DNA of 64,000 bases from Vicinamibacteria bacterium. GTDB lineage: Bacteria > Acidobacteriota > Vicinamibacteria > Marinacidobacterales > Marinacidobacteraceae. Below the pieces are notes generated by a model, which searched no databases, had not been told where the DNA came from, and saw only the letters and a program-made list of their open reading frames with translations. The position numbers and the translations under genes were made by a program. The stretch lies in contig OZ241322.1 of the NCBI GenBank assembly GCA_965199715.1, positions 2,080,001-2,144,000 of the forward strand, read 5' to 3'. Below are positions 23,164 through 35,891 of the stretch, piece by piece (position 1 is the stretch's first letter; each line of letters starts with the position of its first letter).

Positions 23164-24348
23164 GTGCCCGGCCGCCCCTTCGACGCCGCGGTGGTCGGGG
23201 CCGGAATCGTCGGCCTCGCGATCGCCCGCGAGCTCCAGCGGCGGGGTCGCCGGCGCGTCGTCGTGCTCGAGAAGGAGGCGCGCGTCGCGAGCCACCAGAC
23301 CGGCCGGAACAGCGGGGTCATGCACTCCGGGATCTACTACGCGCCGGGTTCGCTGCGGGCCCGGCTGTGCCGGCGCGGCGGCCAGCTCCTGCGCGATTTC
23401 TGCGACCGGAACGGCGTTGCGTACCGGCTCTCGGGCAAGCTCGTCGTGGCCCGGGAAGCCGGGCGCGAGACTGAGGCGCTGGAGTCGCTGCTCGAGCGCG
23501 GAACGGCGAACGGGGTGCCCGACCTGAAGATACTGGATCGCTCCGGGCTCCGGGCCGTCGAGCCGTGCGCCGACGGGGCGGCGGCGCTCCACGTCCCCTC
23601 GGCCGGCGTGGTGCGTTTCGACGAAGTCGCCGAAGCGCTCGCCGAATCGGTCCGGGAGGCGGGCGGGGAGGTCCGCACCGGGTTTCGCGTCGCGCGCATC
23701 GACGCCGAGAGAACCGGAGTCCGGCTGGACGGCGGAATCCGCGCCGGGATGCTGGTGACCGCGGCCGGCCTCCACGCCGACCGCGTCGCCCGCCTCGCCG
23801 GCGAGGACCCGGAAATCCTTGTCGCGCCCTTCCGGGGCGAGTACTTCCGGCTCCGGCGCCCCGAGCTGGTGCGCGGCCTAATCTACCCGGTTCCCGACCC
23901 GCGCTTCCCGTTCCTCGGGGTGCACGTCCACCGAAACCTCGACGGGGAGGTGCACGCCGGCCCCAACGCGGTGCTCGCGCTGGCGCGGGAGGGCTACCGC
24001 CGGCGGGACGCGCGCGCCGCCGACCTTTTCGAGATGGCGGCGTTCGTGGGCATGCGCCGGTTCCTGCGCCGCGAGTGGCGCGCCGGCGTGGTCGAAGTCC
24101 GGCGGTCGTTCTCCAGGCGGCGCTTCGCCGCGTCGCTCGCCCGGCTGGTTCCCGCGATCCGGCCGGAGGATCTGGAGCCCGCCCCCCCCGGCGTGCGCGC
24201 CATCGCCATGCTGCCGGACGGCCGGATCGCCGACGATTTTCGGATCCGGCGGAGCGAGAACCGCATCCACCTGCTCAACGCGCCCTCTCCCGCCGCGACG
24301 GCGGCGCTCGCCGTCGCCGAGCGCGTCGGGGAGCTTGCCGACGGGTAG
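23164..24348 (+). CDS. lhgO: L-2-hydroxyglutarate oxidase (FAD)
   Basis: VVGAGIVGLA, HQTGRNSGVMHSGIYYAPGSLRA, IYPVPDPRFPFLGVH, NAPSPAATAA. Confidence 0.88.
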   Translation: MPGRPFDAAVVGAGIVGLAIARELQRRGRRRVVVLEKEARVASHQTGRNSGVMHSGIYYAPGSLRARLCRRGGQLLRDFCDRNGVAYRLSGKLVVAREAGRETEALESLLERGTANGVPDLKILDRSGLRAVEPCADGAAALHVPSAGVVRFDEVAEALAESVREAGGEVRTGFRVARIDAERTGVRLDGGIRAGMLVTAAGLHADRVARLAGEDPEILVAPFRGEYFRLRRPELVRGLIYPVPDPRFPFLGVHVHRNLDGEVHAGPNAVLALAREGYRRRDARAADLFEMAAFVGMRRFLRREWRAGVVEVRRSFSRRRFAASLARLVPAIRPEDLEPAPPGVRAIAMLPDGRIADDFRIRRSENRIHLLNAPSPAATAALAVAERVGELADG

Positions 24349-24358
24349 CATCCGCCCC

Positions 24359-25642
24359 ATGCGTTTCCCCCTGCTCGCGCTCTTTCTGTTCGCCGGCGCC
24401 GCGTCCGCCCGGACCACCGTCATCCGCGCCGACCGCCTCATCGTCGGAACCGACGCGCCGGTGATGCTGGATCCGGTCGTGGTCATCGAGGGAGACCGCA
24501 TCGTCGAGGTCGGCCCCGCCGGATCGATTCCGGAGCCGCCCGGCGCGACGGTGATCGACCTCGCCGGCCACACGCTGCTCCCCGGACTCTTCGACGCGCA
24601 CGTCCATCTCGGCGGCGTTCCCGGCGACGGCGGGGATACCCAGAAGATGCGCGAGACCGTGGCGCACGAGGCCATCTACGCCGTGGCCCACGCCCGGATC
24701 ACGCTGGAGAAGGGGTTCACCAGCGTGCGCAACATCGGGGCGGGGAACTACCACGACGCCGCGCTGCGGGACATGATCGAGCGCGGAATCGTGCCCGGGC
24801 CGCGCATCCAGGCGGCCACCTGGGGCGTGGGCTCGACCGGCGGCCACGCCGACATCAACGGCTGGAGCGCCGACGTGGCGACGCCCGGCTACGCGATGAT
24901 CGCCGACGGCCCGGAAGAACTGCGCCGCGCGGTCCGCCACCAGGTCAAGTACGGCGCCGACGTGATCAAGGTCACCGCGTCCGGGGGCGTGCTCTCGCAC
25001 GGCGACGCGATCGACGACCAGGCCTACGACTTCGAGGAGCTGAAGGCGATCGTGGACGCGGCGGCGATGCTGCACACCCCGGTCGCGGCCCACGCCCACT
25101 CGCCGGCGGCCATGAACGACGCGATCCGGGCCGGCGTCGTGAGCATCGAGCACGGCACGCTCATCGACGACGAGGGCATCCGGCTCGCGAGAGAGCACGG
25201 CACGTTCATCGTCCCCACGCTCTACACGCTCGATTTCATCGTGGACGAGGGCGCGGCCAGCGGCGTCCCCGAGGAATCGATCGAGAAGGCGCGCTCCATC
25301 GCGGTCCAGCAGCGCGAGCGGCTCTCCGCCGCCTTCCACGCCGGGGTCCGGTTCGCCTACGGCACCGACGCCGCCGTCTTCCCGCACGGGCGGAACGCGA
25401 AGGACTTCGCGATCTTGGTCGAGGAGATGGACGTCTCGCCGATGGCGGCGATCCGGACGGCCACGATCAACGCCGCCGAGCTGCTGGGCTGGGAGGCGGA
25501 CCTCGGCTCGATCGAGGCCGGCAAGCTCGCCGACGTCATCGCGGTCGAGGGCGACCCGCTGGCGAACATCCGCCTGCTGGAGGATGTCCGCTTCGTCATG
25601 AAGGGCGGCGAGGTGTTTAGGTCGGCCCTATCCTCGCAATAG
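24359..25642 (+). CDS. Secreted metal-dependent amidohydrolase (Xaa-Pro dipeptidase-like)
   Basis: Signal peptide, [46 protein letters not shown] 7 nt before the ATG. Confidence 0.88.
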   Translation: MRFPLLALFLFAGAASARTTVIRADRLIVGTDAPVMLDPVVVIEGDRIVEVGPAGSIPEPPGATVIDLAGHTLLPGLFDAHVHLGGVPGDGGDTQKMRETVAHEAIYAVAHARITLEKGFTSVRNIGAGNYHDAALRDMIERGIVPGPRIQAATWGVGSTGGHADINGWSADVATPGYAMIADGPEELRRAVRHQVKYGADVIKVTASGGVLSHGDAIDDQAYDFEELKAIVDAAAMLHTPVAAHAHSPAAMNDAIRAGVVSIEHGTLIDDEGIRLAREHGTFIVPTLYTLDFIVDEGAASGVPEESIEKARSIAVQQRERLSAAFHAGVRFAYGTDAAVFPHGRNAKDFAILVEEMDVSPMAAIRTATINAAELLGWEADLGSIEAGKLADVIAVEGDPLANIRLLEDVRFVMKGGEVFRSALSSQ

Positions 25643-25662
25643 AAGAAATGTCCTGGAGCTAT
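25617..25662 (+). promoter_or_regulatory. Putative OxyR binding site upstream of katG
   Basis: TTAG-N7-CTAT-N7-ATAG, plus a further CTAT at 25659. The OxyR consensus is ATAG-N7-CTAT-N7-ATAG-N7-CTAT. Confidence 0.55.
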
Positions 25663-25703
25663 CAACTCCAGTGCGGCAGAGTTCCCGTCGGGAGACAGAC
25701 GTC

Positions 25704-27881
<2,178 letters not shown>

Positions 27882-27887
27882 GAGCTC

Positions 27888-28793
27888 TCAGCCCGCCCGG
27901 ACCGTCTTCCGGATGGTCCGGGCGACCTCGCGCATCGCTCCGCCCACCGCGGAGCGACCGCGAAAGGCGAGCACGACGGTGCGGTGCGGCTCCGGCGCCC
28001 GCAGCGGCCGGATCCGAAGCTCGGAGCGCAGCGTCTCGGTGGGCGCCGCGATTTCGGGCAGCAGCGTGACTCCCATGCCGGCCCCCACCATCTGGACCAG
28101 CGTCGGCAGGCTCGTGGCCCGCACGCTCAGATCCCGCACCCCGCCCCCGGCGCAGAACTCGATGATCTGGTCGCGCAGGCAGTGGCCGTCGTCCAGCAGG
28201 AGCACCGGCTCGCTTCGCAGCTTGCGGAAGGGAACCGGCCCCGGGCCCTCGGCGAGCGGATGGCCCGGCGGCGTGGCGAGCACGAACGGGTCGCGGTCGA
28301 TGGTCTCCGACTCCAGTTCGCCGATCCCCGCCTCGAGCGCCAGCAGCGCCCCGTCGAGCTCGCCCTGCCCGATGCGCCGGAGCAGCGCTTCGGTCTTGTC
28401 CTCGAGCCACTCGAGCGAAAGCTGCGGGTGCTCCTCCCGCAGCGCGAGCGACGCCTTCGGCAGCAGGTAGGGGCCGATCGTCGGGATCGCGCCGATCCGG
28501 AGCGTCCCGGCGAGTGGGTCCACGAACCGCCGGGCGGTTCCGACCACGTCCTCGGTCTCGAGGAGGACGCGCCGCATGCGCTCGATCACGCCCTTCCCGG
28601 CGCGGGTGACCAGCGCGCCCCGGCGGTCGCGCTCGAACAGGCGCACCCCGAGCGCGGTCTCGATCCCGCGGATCTGGACGCTCAGCGACGGCTGCGAGAC
28701 GTGGCAGCGCTCCGCCGCCCGACGAAAGCTGCCGAGGTCCGCCACGGCGATGGCGTACTGCATCTGCCGCAGCGTGAAGTTATACAGCCTCAT
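27888..28793 (-). CDS. oxyR: Hydrogen peroxide-sensing LysR regulator OxyR
   Basis: LysR HTH (SFRRAAERCHVSQPSLS), redox Cys pair in GHCLRDQIIEFC, ATSLPTLVQMV. Adjacent to katG. Confidence 0.92.
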   Translation of the reverse strand: MRLYNFTLRQMQYAIAVADLGSFRRAAERCHVSQPSLSVQIRGIETALGVRLFERDRRGALVTRAGKGVIERMRRVLLETEDVVGTARRFVDPLAGTLRIGAIPTIGPYLLPKASLALREEHPQLSLEWLEDKTEALLRRIGQGELDGALLALEAGIGELESETIDRDPFVLATPPGHPLAEGPGPVPFRKLRSEPVLLLDDGHCLRDQIIEFCAGGGVRDLSVRATSLPTLVQMVGAGMGVTLLPEIAAPTETLRSELRIRPLRAPEPHRTVVLAFRGRSAVGGAMREVARTIRKTVRAG

Positions 28794-28800
28794 GTTCCCG

Positions 28801-28815
28801 ATAGCAGGAATCTAT
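28801..28815. promoter_or_regulatory. OxyR autoregulatory box
   Basis: Exact ATAG-caggaat-CTAT (ATAG-N7-CTAT) 7 nt upstream of the oxyR ATG, overlapping a TAGATT -10-like hexamer on the - strand. Confidence 0.65.
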
Positions 28816-28865
28816 CGCGCCAGGCCCGCTGCGACACACTCCCGCCCCTCCGAGGAGGTACCCTG

Positions 28866-29955
28866 ATGCACAGGTTGCTCGCTGGAACGCTGTTCGTCGC
28901 AGTGGCGGCGACCACGCCTGCGGAAGCTGCGGAAGCGTCCGGGTATCGGTTCTTTACCGGGTCGCGGGATCCCGGTGTGCCGTTGTCTGGCGACGCCCTG
29001 CGCTGGAGCCCGGGGAAGTGGAGGACGGGAGGGATCTTGGAGTGGGCGATCTCGGGCGGCCCGGTGTGGACCGAGGCATGGGTGGACGACGAGGAGGAGG
29101 CGCATGAGGCGCCGTTCGGGAGCCTCGATGAAGTGGAGTCGTTCGTCCGGACTGCCGTTGCCGACTGGTCGGAGACTCCAACCGCCGACATGCGGATGGA
29201 GGTCTCTGGGATTGCCAGGGAACTCGGGTCGGTCCGGGACGGCTGAATTCGATCCGGGTTCTCGGTGAGAGTGATCCTCATAACGGGTCTTCGCACGGAC
29301 GGCTTTGGGAAAGAAGATCCGGGAACCGTTGGGTCACGGAAGAATGTGAGGTCAATCTTCCGGGCCACGTCCGGCACCCAAACAAGGACGCCCCGATGAG
29401 CGTGCTGTTGCACGAGCTGGGGCGCTGTCTGGGTCTTCAACATGCGGGACTGACGCCCACCTGGAACGCCAGGTTGGCGCTTTGGGGATGGCAGGAGAAA
29501 AGCGCCGTGTTCTCCGGAGATCCCGTGATGTCGTACGGGTGGGGGTATCCGCTGACCTACGACGATCGCATCGGCGCGTCCCTGCTTGGTCCGGCGCCGG
29601 TGTGGGTGCGCACGACCGGGAGCGTCGCCGGCGAAGTGATTCGCGCCGGGGCCCGGCGCGCTTCGTCCATGTCGCCGCGACGCGTGTCTCGGAAGACGGC
29701 CTCGGCGAAACGACGACCGCTCTTGCGAATCGCGAAGGGAAGTTCGAGATCGAGGGACTCGCTCCCGGCGAGTACCTCCTCGGCGTGCAGCCGGCGCTGA
29801 GGCCCGTCGCACATCCTCGGCTGGCCCGACGGGGGATGGCCCTTGATTTCGACGATCAGTTCGTGCTCGCGCAGACGACGGTGGTCGCCGGGAATGCAAC
29901 TTCCGTCGATCCGATTCAGGTCGGCGGCGAGCGCCGGGGCATGACTCCTCGGTGA
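28866..29955 (+). pseudogene. Fragmented secreted matrixin-like metalloprotease with C-terminal carboxypeptidase-regulatory-like domain
   Basis: RBS GAGGAGG and signal peptide. Split over several frames (stop at 29246, shift near 29660). Degenerate zinc motif HELGRCLGLQH, Met-turn PVMSYG, then GKFEIEGLAPGEYLL. Confidence 0.65.
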
Positions 29956-30050
29956 GAGCCCATGCTGCGCATTGTCCAGGACAGCCTGCGCCGAGGGTCT
30001 TTATCGGGGACGTGCTTCCGAACACACCCCGCGGGGATAGGGCTTCCGTT

Positions 30051-30593
30051 TCAACGGAGTCCGAAGAGAGCCAAGTCCGCGAGCGACCGGGCGAGCTCGT
30101 CCAAGGTGCCGATCCGGTCGGCGCCATCGAGCGCGAGTGGCGGCAGGATGCCTTCATGACCATCCTCGCCAAGCCGCAGCGTCCGCTTGCCGGCCTCCCC
30201 CCCGGTCACGCGGGGCATGCGGCCGGGATCGCCGGCGAGGAACACCAGCACCCGCTCCCCGGGTTCGAAACGGGGCGAGTGGGACTGGCTCATGGCGACA
30301 TCGCCCACGACGCCGCCCGGAACCTGGAACTGGACCTCACTCCCGGAGCTGCCGCGGAGCGAGCGCTCCACCCGTAGCGTGACGGTCGTGAGGATCAGGG
30401 TTCGCTCAGCGTTCCAGTGCGGGCGAGCGTCCACGACCTCGCCGGCGACGACGGCCTTCGAGCGTTGGACCAATTCCGCCGCTGAGGGCCATGCGTAGGG
30501 ATTCCGCGGCCCCTGGCGGCCCCGCTGAGCTGGGGCGCCGCTGGCCACGGCGAGCGCCGCCGCGAGAACGATTACGGAGTTCGGGAAACGCAC
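30051..30593 (-). CDS. Secreted hypothetical protein (beta-rich domain resembling the N-terminus of matrixin-type proteins)
   Basis: GTG 30593 with TATATT 7 nt upstream. Signal peptide, ELVQRSKAVVAGEV...VPGGVVGD...PRFEPGERVLVFL. Confidence 0.65.
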   Translation of the reverse strand: MRFPNSVIVLAAALAVASGAPAQRGRQGPRNPYAWPSAAELVQRSKAVVAGEVVDARPHWNAERTLILTTVTLRVERSLRGSSGSEVQFQVPGGVVGDVAMSQSHSPRFEPGERVLVFLAGDPGRMPRVTGGEAGKRTLRLGEDGHEGILPPLALDGADRIGTLDELARSLADLALFGLR

Positions 30594-30641
30594 GGCGACC
30601 AATATAGTCCGGTCCGCATGAGTGCTCGAGAAGGGTGTTCC

Positions 30642-31471
30642 ATGCGCAGACTTCCGGCGGCGCCGTCGACCGCCAGAGCGGCGGCCACCATCCTCGTGCT
30701 CGCGTCGATCGTGGGATGCGAGGACGCCAGCGCTCCCGCGGCCCCCGCGCCGCCTTCCCCTCCATACTCGGTCCGCTTCGCGGATGCGCAAATTCGGGTC
30801 GGCGAGGGCGACACGGTCATGGTCCGGCGCCTGTACGACGTGCGCAGTCTCGCGTCGCCCACGACGCAGCGGCCGACGGCGTCGTCCGATTCGGCCGTCT
30901 CCGAAGAGGACTACACGCTCTCGGGAGATACGGTGACCATCCCATCCGGGAACGGGATACAGGGCGAGGCGAGCGTCTCGCTCGAGGCGTTGCCCGACAC
31001 CTTCGTTACCGAAGGGGAAGAAACCCTGAGCATCTCGCTCACTCTGCGGGAGCCACGGGCGCCTTGCCGTCGCCGCTCGACGTCGTGATCGCCGATGGTC
31101 CGGTTCCGGTGTGCCCGGGAATCCGGCTCGCGGCAACTCCGCTGACGTCGCTCCATGGAGATGAACATGCGAGCACGCAGCTCCCGATCGAGGTGGATGG
31201 CGACGTCGGGGGCGCGCGGCTCGAGCTGCTCGGGAGCTACGAGAACACGCGCCATTCCGGCCCCCTGCCCACCTTGGGCATTCGTTCGTGGCGGGTTCGC
31301 TCCACTCCCGCCGGCGTGGCGCACGAGATGGACATCAACTGGCCCGGAACGGAGGATTTTCTCGACGCGCCGCCATGGCTCGAGCTCCAGCTCTCCGGAG
31401 GGGCGTGCCCCTACGCCTCCGTCATCGCCTGCGACGAGGCGGGCTGCGAGGTGCGTCCCGGCGAGCGTTAG
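30642..31471 (+). pseudogene. Frameshifted lipoprotein with Calx-beta-like domain
   Basis: Lipobox-like IVGC, SVRFADAQIRVGEGD...EDYTL...TVTIPSG...EGEETLSISL. Continues in another frame near 31050 (LDVVIADG...). Confidence 0.5.
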
Positions 31472-31472
31472 G

Positions 31473-32927
31473 TCAGGCGCGGCGCAGCCGGTCCATCGTC
31501 TCGACGAGGACGTCGAGGAACTCGTCGAGGTGCTCGGCGTGGGTGCGGAAGATTCCGAGCGACGGGCGCTGCCAGAACACCCCGTCCAGCACGGTCGCCG
31601 TGATGAACACGCGCCCGTCGTCCTGGATCGCGTCCTGAAGCTCCCGGTTGCGGGCGTTGATCGCCGGCTCGTCGAGACCCGGCGGCTTCCAGCGGAAGCA
31701 GACGGTCTGCAGCTCCGGCTCCGGCCCGACCTCGATCTCGGGGAGTTCCGCAAGCCGGGCGTGGAGGTAGCGGGCCAGCACCCACTTCTCCTCCAGCGCG
31801 GCGGCGAAGGCCCCCGTCCCGTGGAGCGCGAGGGGGAGGAACATCCGCAGCGCCCGGAAGTGGCGGGTCAGCTCGATGGAGCGCTCGGAAGGTGAGGGTA
31901 CCGGTTGCTCCTCGTCCACGAGATACGGCGCGCGGAATCGGAAGGTGTCCAGATGGCGCGCGTCGCGCAGCACGACTGCCCCGCTGCCGTAGGGCAGGAA
32001 CAGCGTCTTGTGGGGATCGAGCACGACCGAGTCGGAGTCCTCGATTCCCTCGAACAGGTCGCGGCGCGCCGGGACCAGCAGGTAGAACCCGCCGTAGGCC
32101 GCGTCCACGTGGTGCCACAGCCCGGCGGAGCGGGCGATCTCGCCCACCTCGCGAATCGGATCCACGACCCCGGTGTTCGTCGTTCCGCCGGTGGTGACGA
32201 CGAGCCACGGCCGCAGCCCGGCCCGCTGGTCGTCGCGGATCAGGCCGGCGAGCGACTCGGGGACCATCCGGTGGCGCTCGTCGGCGGCGACGATCCGGCA
32301 CTGCGCCTCGCCGGCGCCGGCCAGATGCACCGCCTTTCGCACCGAGTAGTGCTCCTCGTTCGACACATAGACGACAGCGTTCTCGAAGTCGCGGCCCTTC
32401 AGCCCCTTGGCTTCCCGCGCCGCGATGATCGCGGTCAGCCCGGCGACGCTCCCGCCGGACGTGAGCGTGCCGCCCGAGGTCTTCGGATACCCGACCAGCT
32501 CGGCGATCCATTCCACCATCCGGTTCTCGAGGAGCGCCGCTCCCGAGCTCGCGGGAAAGTAGCCGGCGAAGGCGTTCCCGATCGCGGCCAGCCAGTCGCC
32601 CAGCGCCGACGTGAACACGCCGCCGCCGGGAACCCAGCCGAAGTCCCGGGGCGAGGCGGGATTGAGGCCCTGTTCCTCGATCTCTCGCCGGACCAGGTCC
32701 AGCACCTCGCCGATGCTGCGGCCCTCCTCCCCGATCTCCAGTGTCGCGATCTCCGACGCGCCGGACGGGTTCCGCCACCCCGGCCCGGTCTCGAGCGCCT
32801 CGAGGAACCGTTCCGTGTGCGCGCGCGTGGCGTCCTGCAGCGTCTCGCGTTCGGCGGCGTCCGGTTCCAGCCGCTCGCCCCGCCGGCGCAGCCGCTCGGC
32901 CCTTCGTCTCAGTTCCTTCGCGTCCAC
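31473..32927 (-). CDS. Group II PLP-dependent (aromatic) amino-acid decarboxylase
   Basis: GTLTSGGSVA, HYSVRKA, TGGTTNTGVVD, WHHVDAAYGG, SDSVVLDPHKTLFLPYG (PLP lysine). Confidence 0.92.
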   Translation of the reverse strand: MDAKELRRRAERLRRRGERLEPDAAERETLQDATRAHTERFLEALETGPGWRNPSGASEIATLEIGEEGRSIGEVLDLVRREIEEQGLNPASPRDFGWVPGGGVFTSALGDWLAAIGNAFAGYFPASSGAALLENRMVEWIAELVGYPKTSGGTLTSGGSVAGLTAIIAAREAKGLKGRDFENAVVYVSNEEHYSVRKAVHLAGAGEAQCRIVAADERHRMVPESLAGLIRDDQRAGLRPWLVVTTGGTTNTGVVDPIREVGEIARSAGLWHHVDAAYGGFYLLVPARRDLFEGIEDSDSVVLDPHKTLFLPYGSGAVVLRDARHLDTFRFRAPYLVDEEQPVPSPSERSIELTRHFRALRMFLPLALHGTGAFAAALEEKWVLARYLHARLAELPEIEVGPEPELQTVCFRWKPPGLDEPAINARNRELQDAIQDDGRVFITATVLDGVFWQRPSLGIFRTHAEHLDEFLDVLVETMDRLRRA

Positions 32928-34291
32928 GACGGAATCCTACGCATTCCGAGCCCGTAGCCGAGCGCGCTCAGGGCGGTCAGCCCGAACGCCGTCGGCAGCG
33001 GCGTCTGGAGGAATCCGTCCCAGCCGAGCGCGACGTGGAGCAGCCACCCGCCGGTTCCGAACGCCATCGAAGCGAGCGCCGCGGTCTCGCCCCCGCGCTG
33101 CCCGAAGAGCCCGAGCGTGAGCGGCACGAAGAGCCCGACGAGGGTCAGCTCGTAGGCGTCCGCCAGCAGCGACCGCGCGCTCGCCCCGGAAAGGCCCTGG
33201 GCGAGGCTCGCGCCGCCGACGACGAGCACCGCGACCCGGGTGAGCCGGAGCGCGCCGGTCTTCGGGAAAACGTGCCGCATCAGGTTCCAGCCGAGCACCG
33301 AGGCCGCCGACATGAGCGCGCTGTCCACCGTCGAGAGCAGCGCCGAGACGACGAGCACCGTGACGACGAGCGTCGCGAGCGGGCTGAGGATCACGTCCAG
33401 CAGCGCCGCGCCTTCGGGGAGCGTCCGCGCGGCGATGAGGCCGGACAGCGCCGGCAGCGCTCCCAGCAGGCAGTAGAGGATCCCGGCGAGCACGCACGAC
33501 CGCCGCGCCTGGGCTCCGGTCCGGCAGGACAGCACCCGCTGCATCACGTCCTGCCCGGGAACGTTCCCGAGCGCGCCGGCGGCGAGAAGCCCGGCCCACA
33601 TGAGCAGCGGCTCGCCTCCGGCGGGGAAGGGGCGCAGCATCTGCGGCGGGGTCTCCGCGCCGAGGCGCGCGAGCCCGGCGAGGACCGAGCCGTCCCCGAA
33701 GCCGGCCAGCGCCGTGACCGCGACCGCGCCGAGTCCGATCGCCACGAGCGCCATCTGGCCGGCGTCGGTGAGCGTGACCGACCACATGCCGCCCGCCATG
33801 GTGCAGCCCACGGCGAGCGCGGTCACCACGAGCAGCGAGCCAAGTTCCGGCGTTCCGAGCGCGTCCGCGACGAGCGAGCCGAGGACGGTGAGCTGGGCGG
33901 CGATCCACCCGAGGAAACTCGCGACCATGACGACCGCGGCGAGGACTTCGGCGCGGCGCCCGAAGCGCTCCGCGAAGAAGTCGCCGAGCGTCAGGAGACC
34001 GGCGCGGCGGAGCGGGACCGCGTAGAACAGGCCCACGAGCACGAGGCAGATTCCCGGGCCGATGGGCTCGAGCGCGGCGGCCTCGATCCCGCGACGGCGC
34101 ACTTCCTCCGCCGAGGTCAGCAGCGTTCCGGCCCCGAACCAGGTCGCGAGCAGGCCGAGCGTGGCGAGCGGGGTTCCGAGCCGCCGCCCGGCCACGGTGA
34201 AGTCGGCGAAGGAGCCGACCCGCCGCCACGCCAGCGCCGCGACCGCGATCAGCCCGGCGGCGTAGAGGCCGAGCGCGACCGCCGCGATCAG
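32909..34291 (-). CDS. Sodium:solute symporter (SSS, choline/proline-transporter-like; start uncertain)
   Basis: DFTVAGRRLG, LLATWFGAG, MAGGMWSVTLTDAGQ, GQDVMQR, SALLSTVDSAL. Probable CTG start overlapping the upstream stop. Confidence 0.85.
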   Translation of the reverse strand: MIAAVALGLYAAGLIAVAALAWRRVGSFADFTVAGRRLGTPLATLGLLATWFGAGTLLTSAEEVRRRGIEAAALEPIGPGICLVLVGLFYAVPLRRAGLLTLGDFFAERFGRRAEVLAAVVMVASFLGWIAAQLTVLGSLVADALGTPELGSLLVVTALAVGCTMAGGMWSVTLTDAGQMALVAIGLGAVAVTALAGFGDGSVLAGLARLGAETPPQMLRPFPAGGEPLLMWAGLLAAGALGNVPGQDVMQRVLSCRTGAQARRSCVLAGILYCLLGALPALSGLIAARTLPEGAALLDVILSPLATLVVTVLVVSALLSTVDSALMSAASVLGWNLMRHVFPKTGALRLTRVAVLVVGGASLAQGLSGASARSLLADAYELTLVGLFVPLTLGLFGQRGGETAALASMAFGTGGWLLHVALGWDGFLQTPLPTAFGLTALSALGYGLGMRRIPSWTRRN

Positions 34292-34476
34292 GGCTTTTTC
34301 CGCAGGAGAAGCGCGAGTTGGACCAGCGGCGCGCCGAGCAGCAGCGCCGCCATCAACCAGCCGAACGTCGCGACTCCGAGGAACGCGCCGCCGCCCCAGA
34401 TCGGCAGGAACGCGACGACCGAGAAGCCGACGAGGCCCAGCAGCATGGCGCGGTCCCGCGCCGCCATCGGGAACAT
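34288..34476 (-). CDS. Small 2-TM protein associated with SSS transporters (62 aa)
   Basis: MFPMAARDRAMLLGLVGFSVVAFLPIWGGGAFLGVATFGWLMAALLLGAPLVQLALLLRKKP. Coupled to both SSS genes. Confidence 0.7.
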   Translation of the reverse strand: MFPMAARDRAMLLGLVGFSVVAFLPIWGGGAFLGVATFGWLMAALLLGAPLVQLALLLRKKP

Positions 34477-35891
34477 CAGGCGTGCAGCCTCGCCACCGCG
34501 TCGAGGCGGTCCGGCGGATCGCTCCGGCCGAGCCGGGCCCCGAGGATCATCGCGAGGAGGCTGAGCGGGAGCGCGACCACGATGGGCGGGAGCGCGGTTC
34601 CCGCGAAGAGCGCCGCCGCGTAGGCGACGACGCCGACGACGAGCGCCGCGACGCCTCCCGCGAGGTTGGCCCGCTTCCACCACAACCCGAGGACCACCGG
34701 GACGAAGAGCCCGGCGGACAGCAGGCCGACGCCGGCGGTGTAGAACTGGGAGAGCACCTCCGGCGGCGACCACGCCCAGTAGAGCGCCGCCGCCCCCACC
34801 ATCCAAGTGGCGCCCATCCGCGCTGCGTTCTGGACGAGCTGCGACCGACCCCGCAGCCATCCGCCGAGAAGGTCGTGGGCGATCGCCGAGCTCACCGCGA
34901 GCAGGAAGGCGTCGGTCGTGGACATGACCGCGGCCAGCACCCCCGCCGCCGCGAGGCCCCGGAACAGCGGCGGGAAGTGCCCGCCGATCACCTGGAGGAA
35001 CACTTGATCGGGATCCGTCAGGCCCGGGTACAGGAGGACGCCGACCGGGGCGATCACGAGCACCGCGAGGAAGATCATGAAGCTGTAGCCGACCATGGCG
35101 AGGTTCAGCGAGAGCCGCGCGCTTTCGGGGTTCTTCGCGGTCGCGACGCGCATCACGATGTGCGGGATCACCGGGATCGCGGTGGCCCAGATCACGAAGA
35201 AGCCGAGATGGCCGAGACCGCTTTCGGGCAGCGCGCCGAACTCGGGCAGGGCGCGGGTCGCACCATCGACGAGCGCGAGCGGCGATCCGTGGGCCCAGAC
35301 CAGCGCCACGGCGGCCCCGACCATCACGAGGAACATGACCGCCCCTTGGATGAGGTCGGTCTGCGTGACCGCGACCATGCCGCCGAAGGAGACGTAGAGC
35401 ACGAACACCACGGTGGCGACGGCGATGGCGGTGTCGTACGGCACGCCGAGGAACACTTCGGCGGTGATCCCGGCCGCCTTCATCTGGGCGACCATGTACA
35501 CGGTCAGCGCGACCACGATCACGACCGGGACGAGCGTCCGCACGACCGGATGCGGGAACCGGAAGGCCATGAAGTCGGTGATCGTGAACTTCCCGAACCG
35601 CCGCAGCGGCCCCGCGACCAGCACCGTGGCCAGCGGGAACCCCACGACCGCGCCGGTGAATAGCGCGAGCGTCGCCGGGATCCCGCCCTCGTAGGCGAGC
35701 CCGAGCACGCCCACGAGCGAGCCGCCGCTCGCGATCGCGGCCATGATCGCGAAGGCGTTGGTCCACGTGCCGATCCGCCGCCCGGCCACCCAGTACTCGG
35801 ACTCCGAGCCGAGCACCCGGCGGGTCGCGAGCGCCCCGACCCCGAGGCAGACGCCGAGGTAGCCGAGAACCAGCCAGTGCTCGAGCGTCAC
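34476..35891 (-). CDS. Sodium:solute symporter (SSS)
   Basis: EYWVAGRRIG, FTITDFMAFRF, YVSFGGMVAVTQTD, PHIVMR, AAVMSTTD. GTGA overlap with the halogenase stop. Confidence 0.9.
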   Translation of the reverse strand: MTLEHWLVLGYLGVCLGVGALATRRVLGSESEYWVAGRRIGTWTNAFAIMAAIASGGSLVGVLGLAYEGGIPATLALFTGAVVGFPLATVLVAGPLRRFGKFTITDFMAFRFPHPVVRTLVPVVIVVALTVYMVAQMKAAGITAEVFLGVPYDTAIAVATVVFVLYVSFGGMVAVTQTDLIQGAVMFLVMVGAAVALVWAHGSPLALVDGATRALPEFGALPESGLGHLGFFVIWATAIPVIPHIVMRVATAKNPESARLSLNLAMVGYSFMIFLAVLVIAPVGVLLYPGLTDPDQVFLQVIGGHFPPLFRGLAAAGVLAAVMSTTDAFLLAVSSAIAHDLLGGWLRGRSQLVQNAARMGATWMVGAAALYWAWSPPEVLSQFYTAGVGLLSAGLFVPVVLGLWWKRANLAGGVAALVVGVVAYAAALFAGTALPPIVVALPLSLLAMILGARLGRSDPPDRLDAVARLHA

